NCBI GenBank assembly: GCA_024239055.1
Contig: JANBVJ010000003.1
Location: forward strand, 504 to 64,503
Source: Patescibacteria group bacterium
GTDB taxonomy: Bacteria; Patescibacteriota; Minisyncoccia; Minisyncoccales; UBA10102
Direction: 5' to 3'
DNA: 64,000 nt
Shown: positions 8,928 to 17,151 of the stretch, in pieces
Numbering within the stretch: position 1 is the stretch's first letter
Layout of the letters: every line of letters starts with the position of its first letter
The notes under the pieces: generated by a model
Told to the model about the DNA's origin: nothing
Seen by the model: the letters and a program-made list of their open reading frames with translations, nothing else
Databases searched by the model: none
Program-made: the position numbers and the translations under genes

Positions 8928-9487
8928 AAGTGGATATTCATAAGACAAAGAAAAAATATCATGTGTTGATGGCAGATCCACCACACGAATACAAAAATCA
9001 AAAAACAGGTGGAGGAATGAAGTCAGGTGTTTCAAGTAAATATAAAACAATGTCATTAGATCAGATTTGTGGTTTACCAGTAAGAAAAATTGCTAACAAG
9101 AATTCAGTTTGCTTCTTATGGATTACAACTCCACTTATGGATAATGGATTTAGGATATTAGAAAGATGGGGATTCAAATACAAGACTCTAATTGTTTGGG
9201 ATAAGAGTGATAGTGGAGGATGGGGATTCTGGACAAGAACAGCAACAGAATTTCTACTAATAGGAGTTAAAGGAAAAGTAAAAGCATTCATGTCAAAGAG
9301 AACAAATGTAATCAGACACAAAAGAATTGGTCATTCTGTAAAGCCTGATGTGTTTAGGGAGATCGTAGAGGAATTAACAAAACAATTTGGTAAAAATAAA
9401 AGAATGATTGAACTTTTTGCTCGCAAACATCCATCTAAAAAACACTATGCGACAAAATGGGACTATTTCGGTAAAGAGTATTACTAA
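8924..9487 (+). CDS. MT-A70-family N6-adenine DNA methyltransferase
   Basis: ADPPHEY (DPPW-type motif IV variant), YKTMSLDQI, FLWITTP, WGFKYKTLIVWDK, HSVKPD and ELFAR match the MT-A70 pattern. Confidence 0.8.
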   Translation: MKVDIHKTKKKYHVLMADPPHEYKNQKTGGGMKSGVSSKYKTMSLDQICGLPVRKIANKNSVCFLWITTPLMDNGFRILERWGFKYKTLIVWDKSDSGGWGFWTRTATEFLLIGVKGKVKAFMSKRTNVIRHKRIGHSVKPDVFREIVEELTKQFGKNKRMIELFARKHPSKKHYATKWDYFGKEYY

Positions 9488-9547
9488 AATACTAAGATCA
9501 ATTTTTAATTTATTTTTCAAGCGATCTAATCAATCTTTAATTATCCC

Positions 9548-9570
9548 TAGTATCAAAAGATTTGATACTA
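9548..9570. promoter_or_regulatory. 23 bp palindrome upstream of the HNH gene
   Basis: TAGTATCAAA-aga-TTTGATACTA, a perfect 10 bp inverted repeat. Confidence 0.4.
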
Positions 9571-9675
9571 AAGGGGAAATAGAAAGAATTGAAAGAGGAA
9601 GGGATAACATGACTAAATATCTAAAAACCATGCCTGATGAATGTATAATTGACCTTTCAAATAGGTGGTATTGCA

Positions 9676-10272
9676 ATGCCTAAAAGAATAACTCAAAAGT
9701 ACAAGAGAATAGTAGATCCACTAATAACTAAAAGAGATGGAAATGTTTGTTTTTTTGATAAAATGCCTTTTGTTCCAGAGGTATTAAAATGGAGTAAAAC
9801 ATATCATCATTTGAATAAAAACACTGAGGATAATCATCCTGTAAATTTAGTTTTTGCTCATGAAGAATGCAATAGACTTTGTGAAACAAATCCAGAGTAT
9901 CAAACAATGTCAAGTCAAAAATTAAATGATAACCAAAAATATCATCAAGGTTTAGAGATTGAAGTTGTTGCGCATAATGATGAAGATAAAGAAACAAACG
10001 TAGAGATAGATACTAATGAATTATACAACAAGTTTGCTAATTCAGAACTTTTAGAAAAATTAACATCTCAAGGTGGAAAACCAGCACCGCATGAATCAAT
10101 TTCGTTTAAGGAAACATCTCTTGACATTGCGTATATGGTAAGGGAAGTTGTAGGACATGGATCGCCAATAACAGCAGGGAGAGCATTGGATACAGAATGT
10201 TCAAGTAAGGGAGAATTTGATAAATACAAAGAGCAGGGTGGAAAATGGAGAATAAGGAAGAAACAGACATAG
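9676..10272 (+). CDS. HNH endonuclease-domain protein
   Basis: Start set at ATG 9676 (MPKRITQ). HHLNKNTEDNHPVNLVFAHEECN fits H-N-H spacing. Confidence 0.6.
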   Translation: MPKRITQKYKRIVDPLITKRDGNVCFFDKMPFVPEVLKWSKTYHHLNKNTEDNHPVNLVFAHEECNRLCETNPEYQTMSSQKLNDNQKYHQGLEIEVVAHNDEDKETNVEIDTNELYNKFANSELLEKLTSQGGKPAPHESISFKETSLDIAYMVREVVGHGSPITAGRALDTECSSKGEFDKYKEQGGKWRIRKKQT

Positions 10273-10472
10273 AAGATGAAGAGATCGCATTAGAAGATAA
10301 AGAAATTACTCCAGAAGAAGATCCAGAAAAAGTAATAGAGATCACAGAAGATGATCCAGAATGTAAAGAGACATCAGAAGGCGATCAAATTATAGGAGAA
10401 GGAAAATCTATCCTCAAACCAAATCCTAAAGCCAAAGAAAGTGGTCAAAGGTCATGGTTTGATCTCTCATGA
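10245..10472 (+). CDS. acidic hypothetical protein
   Basis: 75 aa, E/D-rich. Confidence 0.45.
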   Translation: MENKEETDIEDEEIALEDKEITPEEDPEKVIEITEDDPECKETSEGDQIIGEGKSILKPNPKAKESGQRSWFDLS

Positions 10473-10711
10473 GTCTTTTTAGAAAAAGAGATTACATTAA
10501 TGACACAATTAGAACTACAGGCAAAAAAGATAATAGAATCATTCAAAAAAAAGCAAAGTTACCTACTCAAGATAAGACAAAATACTCAGTTTGTCCAAGA
10601 TGTAGCAAGAAGGGTTATGTTAGATCAAAAGGTTATTGTAAACTTTGTAAATTCAGGTTTACTCCGAAGAAAAGGTTTACCTACGAAAAGTTTACCTATA
10701 AAAAATGTTAA
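10469..10711 (+). CDS. basic zinc-ribbon protein
   Basis: ATGA overlap; CPRC...CKLC, K/R-rich; preferred over the alternative frame 10500..10742. Confidence 0.45.
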   Translation: MSLFRKRDYINDTIRTTGKKDNRIIQKKAKLPTQDKTKYSVCPRCSKKGYVRSKGYCKLCKFRFTPKKRFTYEKFTYKKC

Positions 10712-10720
10712 CACACATAG
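10700..10720. repeat. 21 nt direct repeat, copy 1 (AAAAAATGTTAACACACATAG)
   Basis: Identical to 11029-11049. Confidence 0.8.
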
Positions 10721-11028
10721 GATCGTTTTTGTGTTAGTATGACATAATCTAGATGCCTTTTCCTAGATACGCAATGTCGAGGATTCGGTACATTCGGGCA
10801 TGGGATCGTTATGAAAACATTCCGTTTCATTATAACCCCGATCTCATGCCTTTCCATTTTATATTAGGTTGGGATCGAAGTTACTTGCATAAGTGGAATT
10901 CATTCTTTGGGCATGTTTATCTTGACATTTTCATGTCCAGATCCCAACTCACACACCTTCATTTCGACTTCATAACTGGACTGGTAATTACTATGAGAAT
11001 TGTCTATGTCTATTGTCCAAAAAATGTT

Positions 11029-11049
11029 AACACACATAGCAAGCAACCA
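11029..11049. repeat. 21 nt direct repeat, copy 2
   Basis: Identical to 10700-10720. Confidence 0.8.
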
Positions 11050-11090
11050 AAATATCCTTATTTTTCTGATCGGGGAGGCTATGTGTGTGT

Positions 11091-11141
11091 ATGTGTGTGT
11101 ATAAAAAACGCAGAGAGAGAGACAGAGAGACGACCATTTGC
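11091..11141. repeat. Purine/pyrimidine microsatellites: (ATGTGTGTGT)x2 then a GA-rich tract
   Basis: atgtgtgtgtatgtgtgtgtat (11091-11112) and cagagagagagacagagagac (11121-11141). Confidence 0.85.
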
Positions 11142-11424
11142 ACCATAGTAGTTGACTCAATAATTCTAAATACGTTGAATGAATGATGAAATTAGTGGGA
11201 TCTGTCCGATTCAGACATGTACGCCTCGTACTCCCCTAAAAATTTCTAGGACAGACCTACTACTTTTTAATAAGTTTAAAACCTAGACTACCTGATCCAT
11301 ATTGGATTTGGCATAGCAGGGTTTTATTTTTGTTGTAATGTATGATTACCCCAAAATGTCCAATTGAATTCTGATGTGCCAAATTCTTTTTTCTAAATGA
11401 CTACGTAGGCATTTTAAATTGTGG

Positions 11425-11490
11425 GTTGACATCAAAAAGTGTATGTGTTTTCATCTCGTCTCACATTTGCTGTAACCAGCAGATGTCAAC
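11425..11490. other. 9 bp perfect inverted repeat GTTGACATC / GATGTCAAC
   Basis: Arms at 11425-11433 and 11482-11490; follows CTACGTAG at 11401-11408. Confidence 0.6.
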
Positions 11491-11677
11491 TCACTTTAAT
11501 TTGAATCAAAAAAACATTTACTACAAATACATTCAGTAGGATCGATCAAGAGAGTATTACATAGACTACAATGTTTTTCCAAGAATTGCTACGATTTTTT
11601 CTTACATATTAACCTAAAGCCGATCAAACGTTAATCAAAACAAACCTTATCAACGATTTCATCTATGTAGAATTGTG

Positions 11678-11734
11678 TCGGGAAAGTTTGGGATTCAGAC
11701 AGCAATGTTAGTTTCTCATTTGCTACTTTCCCGA
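11678..11734. other. 10 bp perfect inverted repeat TCGGGAAAGT / ACTTTCCCGA
   Basis: Arms at 11678-11687 and 11725-11734; about 120 nt upstream of the 11851 gene. Confidence 0.6.
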
Positions 11735-11850
11735 TCAATTAAGTCGGAGCAAAGCGAGTTACGATGAAGATTATCTCATTGTGAGGCATTTACTAGAGCA
11801 ATGATCTGAGTAACTAAATTTTTATCCCTATTTTAGAATAAGAAAGGAAT

Positions 11851-12903
11851 ATGGTATCAAAAGTCTTAATCTTAGCAGGAGTCATCGTAGTTGCTTTTGT
11901 TTTAGCAGGTGGTATGGGATTAATTAATTTTGGTGGCGCACCATCAGGTGGAGTTCCACAGCAAGTAGTTACTACTGTAGCAGGAACAGCGTTTTCAGGA
12001 GAATTAGATGTTCTATTACGACATGCTAATTCATTAGATAATTCCGATCAATTCCAAGAAGGAGCAAATAGTGACATTCACACAGTTTTCTACAAATCAC
12101 TTGACGGAGTACAATTTAGTTCAATAGGAGAAGGAGCATTAGGAACAGGTGGAGCATCGAGAGTAACAATTACACCAGACATGAATAGCATCCTATATGC
12201 AACAATAAATGTAGCAGGAATGTCACAACTTTATTCTGATCCAGAATTTACACAAGCAACCAATTCTAGAATAACAGAATTTACGTTTGAAGATGTCACA
12301 AATAACGGAGTTAAAGAATGGCTTTACAAAATAGGTTTACGTGGAATTTCAGTTCCTATTGCTGGACAAGATGCAAGTTCATTATCAATTATTGATCAAA
12401 CATGGGTTATGGCATTTCCAGTAACAATCAATTCACCAGCAAACATTCTAAATATTGGAAATCAAGCAGGAACTGTTAACTTCATCAGATGGGAACTAAC
12501 AACACCACAAGGTACAGCAACAGCACAAACTGAATATACAATTCAAATTGATAAGGTCGGTGGTCAAGCAGGAACAGAGTTTTGGGATGTAGGTCTAACC
12601 ACACTCGAAATTCCAAATATCGGTATAAAATCACTTACAGAATTTGATGAACAATTGCTTAGTGCCACAGAAACCCTCTATAAATTCAAAGTAGGTGATT
12701 CAGCAGATTTCGCAAATGCAAATTATGTAATAACTCCACAAAACGCAAACAATGTACATCCAATACCAGCAAAGATTGTTACAAGCCTATCAGATAACGG
12801 ACAAAACGATAATCTTGATGTGACATTGACTATAAAATGGCTAGATCAACGTGGTGGATCTCTTACACCAATAACAGATACAGTTCGATTAGACGAATCT
12901 TAG
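11851..12903 (+). CDS. putative major structural / surface protein with N-terminal membrane anchor
   Basis: 350 aa; N-terminus KVLILAGVIVVAFVLAGGMGLI; T/G/N/A-rich, Cys-free. Preceded by the longest noncoding region and followed by two strong stem-loops. The structural role is inference. Confidence 0.55.
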   Translation: MVSKVLILAGVIVVAFVLAGGMGLINFGGAPSGGVPQQVVTTVAGTAFSGELDVLLRHANSLDNSDQFQEGANSDIHTVFYKSLDGVQFSSIGEGALGTGGASRVTITPDMNSILYATINVAGMSQLYSDPEFTQATNSRITEFTFEDVTNNGVKEWLYKIGLRGISVPIAGQDASSLSIIDQTWVMAFPVTINSPANILNIGNQAGTVNFIRWELTTPQGTATAQTEYTIQIDKVGGQAGTEFWDVGLTTLEIPNIGIKSLTEFDEQLLSATETLYKFKVGDSADFANANYVITPQNANNVHPIPAKIVTSLSDNGQNDNLDVTLTIKWLDQRGGSLTPITDTVRLDES

Positions 12904-12938
12904 CATCAAATTTTTATAATTTTATAGTGATGGGTATG

Positions 12939-13011
12939 TGTTGATGATGAGAGAGGTTCTTGATGTAGTCATTAATATCAGGCTAATCCTCCTGCAAACT
13001 CATCATCAACA
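12939..13011 (+). other. 13 bp perfect stem (TGTTGATGATGAG / CTCATCATCAACA) with 47 nt loop
   Basis: Read directly; lies just after the 11851..12903 stop. Confidence 0.6.
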
Positions 13012-13013
13012 TT

Positions 13014-13067
13014 TTGTGTGACCAGTAAGCCCTAATGCCCAATTAGTGTAATCTCAAAGTCACACAA
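13014..13067 (+). other. 9 bp perfect stem (TTGTGTGAC / GTCACACAA)
   Basis: Read directly; second hairpin before the ATG at 13081. Confidence 0.55.
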
Positions 13068-13080
13068 CCCATTTTGTTAC

Positions 13081-13260
13081 ATGGTAAAGTACAACTGGTT
13101 CCAAATTACTACCATAATTATCGGACTTTATCTAATTTTCGAAGGTATTGGTTCATTTGTAATATTTGACGATCAAAACGACTTCTTCCAAGCAGGAAGA
13201 ATATTTAGGGTTATTGCTGGATTCTTCTTAGTGTTTGTAGTATCGAGGATGTTGAAGTAA
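13081..13260 (+). CDS. small hydrophobic 2-TM protein (59 aa)
   Basis: Just under the track cutoff. MVKYNWFQITTIIIGLYLIFEGIGSFVIF...RVIAGFFLVFVVSRMLK. Confidence 0.45.
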   Translation: MVKYNWFQITTIIIGLYLIFEGIGSFVIFDDQNDFFQAGRIFRVIAGFFLVFVVSRMLK

Positions 13261-13263
13261 CTA

Positions 13264-14721
13264 ATGGTTAGAGCAGGAGTAATAGCAGTAATTGTATTTT
13301 CTGTAGTTATAGTAGCAATGGTAGGAATATTCTCCCCATTCTTATTTCCACCAAACAACCTAATGGTTGATGACGATTCTACGATCAACTCTTTGTATGC
13401 ACAGTATGACAAAGCAATACGAGAGTTACTTGGTCAGGACTTTGAGAAACTAACAATTCCAGAAAAAGATGAGATAATGGAGATGGTAAAAGATCTTAAC
13501 GAAGAACTTGAGAAGGACATAATGGATAACAATCTAAACCAGACAGATCCTATTGACTTAGAAGATGATAACTCACTTGTTGAACCATGTGTTGGAGAAT
13601 GTCTGGATGCATTAGCAATAATAAATCCATGTGAAGAAGGTTTCATCTTTACTGACAATCTAGGTTGCATTCCTGAAACACTTGAAGGACTAGCAGACAT
13701 TCTAGACTTTGATCCATTAGATCCAGCAACAGAGTTCAAAGTAATATCAAGTATAGATTTAGTAGATTCAAACGGACAAAAATTCACTAACATAGTAGAA
13801 ACTGATCTTCCACTAACATCACTACTTACAAGGACAGGAGAAATTCTTGACTTGGGAAGAATTGACATTAGATTGATTGGAGAGTCAGACTCTAGAAATC
13901 CAATAGAGGCAGACGGATTGTTAGACATTGTATTGAACGGAGTTTCACAAAGACAGTTCAATCTAAAGCAAGTTGCAACACCAAACGAAATAACTAGCGC
14001 ATTTGAAATCAAGATTGCAGGAAAGTCACAGGAATCATTTAGTTTTGCAGGATTGCAGGACTTGGTAAGCGGTGACTTTGCAAACAACCTACAAGTTAAC
14101 TTGAGAGATTTCTCAGTAAAACAAGCAAATTCAACATTCTTCTCCCCACAAGATCTAACATTGTATGAATTAGACTTTGATTTTGATGCAGGACTAAGAA
14201 CAGTAACTGGTTCAACAGGAACAATAGGAGTAGTTGCAATTGCAGACGGAACAATAGAATTGTGTGCAGATGCAAGACAAACATTAGTAAACGGAGTTCA
14301 AGTAGATGTTCAACCAGATGTTCCAAGATCTGTTACAGTTCAGGTTCCAATGTTAGATGTAAATGGAAATCAAGTTCTAATGGATGGAGTTCCTCAGTTT
14401 AGTAATATAGTAACACCATTCTCAGTAGACATAAACTTACAAAGTATTGGTACAACGAGAATCAACTTACCAACATTTTGTGAGAAATCAGATGCAGTAA
14501 TACCAAGATCATCTATGGTTCAGATTGTAGTTTCAGGAATAAAATGTGGAACTGGTACAACTCCGACATGTGTAGACCTTCCACCACAAGTATTCCCACA
14601 AATAACTGCTGAAAATTCTGGAGTGCAATGGAAGATTGAATGTTTCATAGGAGGAATTGAAGTTATCAACCATTGGTGTACATCAAACTTTGTACCTGAT
14701 TATTCTTACAATAGGGGATAA
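13264..14721 (+). CDS. membrane-anchored large protein (putative virion/surface protein)
   Basis: 485 aa; N-terminal anchor VIAVIVFSVVIVAMVGIF; acidic linker; Cys-containing beta-rich region. Confidence 0.65.
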   Translation: MVRAGVIAVIVFSVVIVAMVGIFSPFLFPPNNLMVDDDSTINSLYAQYDKAIRELLGQDFEKLTIPEKDEIMEMVKDLNEELEKDIMDNNLNQTDPIDLEDDNSLVEPCVGECLDALAIINPCEEGFIFTDNLGCIPETLEGLADILDFDPLDPATEFKVISSIDLVDSNGQKFTNIVETDLPLTSLLTRTGEILDLGRIDIRLIGESDSRNPIEADGLLDIVLNGVSQRQFNLKQVATPNEITSAFEIKIAGKSQESFSFAGLQDLVSGDFANNLQVNLRDFSVKQANSTFFSPQDLTLYELDFDFDAGLRTVTGSTGTIGVVAIADGTIELCADARQTLVNGVQVDVQPDVPRSVTVQVPMLDVNGNQVLMDGVPQFSNIVTPFSVDINLQSIGTTRINLPTFCEKSDAVIPRSSMVQIVVSGIKCGTGTTPTCVDLPPQVFPQITAENSGVQWKIECFIGGIEVINHWCTSNFVPDYSYNRG

Positions 14722-14722
14722 G

Positions 14723-15469
14723 ATGGCTAAAGGATTCACTGACGACAAGGGAAGATTTAGACCAACAGGAAACAAAGGGGTTAGTTCCAGAACTAAATCA
14801 ATTTCTACAGAAGGACTTGAAATGTCAAAAATACAAAGTGACGTAGATATAACTACAGAAGAGATTGAATTTCAAGATAAACTAATTGAGATTGAGGCAG
14901 ACATAGAGGCAAACTTTGATGATATTTTATTCAAAACAGCATTAAACAAAAGATGTGATTTTAAAGAAGGAAAATTAATCAGAACTAAATTAACGAAGGA
15001 TGATCAAGGATTGCTACCAGAGGGAACTCAGATAGAAGAGTTTTGTGGAGCAGTTACTGATGAGTTAGGAAAATTCATTACCAAAAAATATGGAAAAGGA
15101 ATTGCATGTGAAGAAAGAGGAGTCTACACTGGTGATGACAAGGAAAATAGTGCTGGTTTCAATAGAATCGCAGGAGAAGTTCAACACGAATGGATAAGAT
15201 TACCAGATGGTACAATTATTGATGCATCAGCAGGACAATTCGTTGAGGATAAGGATTCTGTTACAAACGAAGATAGACTACGAATAATTTCTCCAGAAGA
15301 TCCAAGACAGGATTGGTATAATCCTAATTCAAAAATGTGCAATCTATGTGGTGCAAGATTAATTGCTGGTAAGTGTCCAAGTCCTGATGTTGATGCAATA
15401 ATGAAGTTAGTTAACACTGGATTAACCGTAGACGAAGCAAAAGAAAAAATTGCAAGTGAGGGATCGTAA
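14723..15469 (+). CDS. KGF-leader family member 1/15; C-terminal papain/transglutaminase-like Cys-His-Asp signature plus zinc ribbon
   Basis: Start set at ATG 14723: MAKGFTDDKGRFRPTGNKGVSSRTKSISTEGLEM. FCGAVTDELGKFI...QHEWIRLPDGTIIDAS resembles the transglutaminase-like core. CNLCG...CPSP follows. Confidence 0.7.
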   Translation: MAKGFTDDKGRFRPTGNKGVSSRTKSISTEGLEMSKIQSDVDITTEEIEFQDKLIEIEADIEANFDDILFKTALNKRCDFKEGKLIRTKLTKDDQGLLPEGTQIEEFCGAVTDELGKFITKKYGKGIACEERGVYTGDDKENSAGFNRIAGEVQHEWIRLPDGTIIDASAGQFVEDKDSVTNEDRLRIISPEDPRQDWYNPNSKMCNLCGARLIAGKCPSPDVDAIMKLVNTGLTVDEAKEKIASEGS

Positions 15470-16176
15470 TGGTAAAAGGTTTCAAAGATTCAAAAGGAAA
15501 GTTTAGACCTACTGGAAACAAAGGGGTTAGTTCCAAACAAAAAACAATTACATCAACTGGAATGAAATTAAAACCTAGAGTTGATCCTACTTACGGTTTA
15601 ATCGTAGCAAATGGTTATGATGATTTGAAACACAATCCAAACGATCCAGAAGTAAAAAAAGCCTATAACATATTCATTAAAGAAACTTTGGAACAAGCAA
15701 GAGAATTACAAAAGAACGGTGTAAAATTCCAGAGTGAACAATACAAAGATGCAAATGCGATGTTCAAAGATGTTGAAGAAAACAAACATTTGGTGTACAG
15801 ACCATCAGACAAAGATTACAAAGGTGTAGAGGATCATCCAATGTTCCAATTAACAGACATTCGAAACACAAACGGTGATAGGATGCGAGTAAATGATGTT
15901 TTTCGTGCAGTTCATGACATCAATGGTCATAAAAAGGCAAAGGCACAATTTACACCAAATGGAGAACTAGGTTCATACAACGAACATAAAAAATTGTATA
16001 GTAAGAATGCTACCAGAGCATTGTTCACTGAAACTCAAGGTCAAGGCATGTGGGTTAACTTTAACAAAAGATCAGGAACGAAAAATCGACACTTGCAGGA
16101 AATAGGAGATTTCAATGAATTAGACTTTGCTACACAAAAGGCAGATTTGTTTCCAGATTCTATAATTTTTAGATGA
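15469..16176 (+). CDS. KGF-leader family member 2/15; unknown C-terminal domain
   Basis: MVKGFKDSKGKFRPTGNKGVSSKQKTITSTGMKL; TAATG overlap; contains FRAVHDINGHKK. Confidence 0.75.
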   Translation: MVKGFKDSKGKFRPTGNKGVSSKQKTITSTGMKLKPRVDPTYGLIVANGYDDLKHNPNDPEVKKAYNIFIKETLEQARELQKNGVKFQSEQYKDANAMFKDVEENKHLVYRPSDKDYKGVEDHPMFQLTDIRNTNGDRMRVNDVFRAVHDINGHKKAKAQFTPNGELGSYNEHKKLYSKNATRALFTETQGQGMWVNFNKRSGTKNRHLQEIGDFNELDFATQKADLFPDSIIFR

Positions 16177-16182
16177 TAAGAA

Positions 16183-17049
16183 ATGGTTAAAGGATTTACT
16201 GACGAGAAAGGAAAGTTTCATCCAACTGGAAACAATGGAGGAAAGAATGCACCAGATGGCAAGTCAATAGAACCTACTGGAATGAAAATAGAAAAACAGG
16301 AAGAAGAGATTGATCTACGTCATGATAGAAGAAAGCATATTCTAACAACAGGAGAAATACTTCCTAGCAGATTATCATTGACGGTTGAAGAACAACAAGA
16401 GAACATGGAAAGGGGAGAGAAGATTATTGATCAATTTCAACAAGCAATAGATGAGAGAGACGATGATTTTTTTAATGGAAGATCAGTACGTAGTTTTATT
16501 GATACACATGGAGTAGATGTTTCAGATAAATGGATAGAAAATTTAGGAAGGGATGAAGATCAGTTCAGAGAGTTTCTTGATAACAGACTTGAAAAAAGAA
16601 AAGGAGAATGGAATCTTGCAGTACCAATACCTACAGATGGAGCATTTGAAGATCAATTAGCATCAAATTATACAACAAAGTCATACAAAGGAAGAATCTG
16701 GTGGGCAAAAATTAAACCAGAGGTTTTTCTTGAACTTGCATCACCAGTTGGTACATTTACAGAAGATGCAGTTAGTAAATACCAAAATAGTATTCAAACT
16801 GCACAACCAGTAAGCACACCACAATTAGATCTTAGTTGGGATGATGATTCAAAAAAATGGAAAGTTTCTTCACATGAAGGCAGACATCGTTCTCAGGCAT
16901 CAGTAAAAGAAGGTTTAAGTGAAATTCCAGTATGGCTTGAAACTAGAAGAGAGATATGGGAAATGACAGAAGAACAAGAAAACCAACTAAAAGACATAAT
17001 TGCAAATGGAATTACATCAGATTCATTCATTCCAGAACCAATTAATTAA
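16183..17049 (+). CDS. KGF-leader family member 3/15; C-terminal ParB-like domain
   Basis: MVKGFTDEKGKFHPTGNNGGKNAPDGKSIEPTGMKI. WKVSSHEGRHRSQASVKEGLSEIPVWLE resembles the ParB/Srx xGxHR core. Confidence 0.7.
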   Translation: MVKGFTDEKGKFHPTGNNGGKNAPDGKSIEPTGMKIEKQEEEIDLRHDRRKHILTTGEILPSRLSLTVEEQQENMERGEKIIDQFQQAIDERDDDFFNGRSVRSFIDTHGVDVSDKWIENLGRDEDQFREFLDNRLEKRKGEWNLAVPIPTDGAFEDQLASNYTTKSYKGRIWWAKIKPEVFLELASPVGTFTEDAVSKYQNSIQTAQPVSTPQLDLSWDDDSKKWKVSSHEGRHRSQASVKEGLSEIPVWLETRREIWEMTEEQENQLKDIIANGITSDSFIPEPIN

Positions 17050-17058
17050 CAATTCAGA

Positions 17059-17068
17059 GGACATGTCC
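17059..17068. promoter_or_regulatory. Perfect palindrome GGACATGTCC
   Basis: Intergenic, 10 nt after the 16183..17049 stop; shares the GGACATG half-site with 7168-7174 and 18830-18836. Confidence 0.4.
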
Positions 17069-17151
17069 ACTTTTAGAGATCTAATTTTTCACTAAATAGC
17101 ATACTTTTGTTACATAACTAATTTCAAATACACTAACCTAACGAAGAGATC

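Noticed and set aside
10500-10742. 80 aa + ORF
   Set aside because: It is an alternative frame to the ATGA-coupled zinc-ribbon ORF 10469..10711. It is not excluded, but only one of the two can be real.
10753-11148. 131 aa + ORF and 86 aa minus ORF in the noncoding hub
   Set aside because: The composition is odd (runs through the GT/GA microsatellites), there is no coupling to neighbours, and the sequence is bracketed by the 21 nt repeats. I treat it as noncoding, although a decayed gene cannot be excluded.
13434-14087. 217 aa minus-strand ORF (also 14096..14326)
   Set aside because: It lies entirely inside the 485 aa + strand gene, has no start context, and is Ser-rich low complexity.
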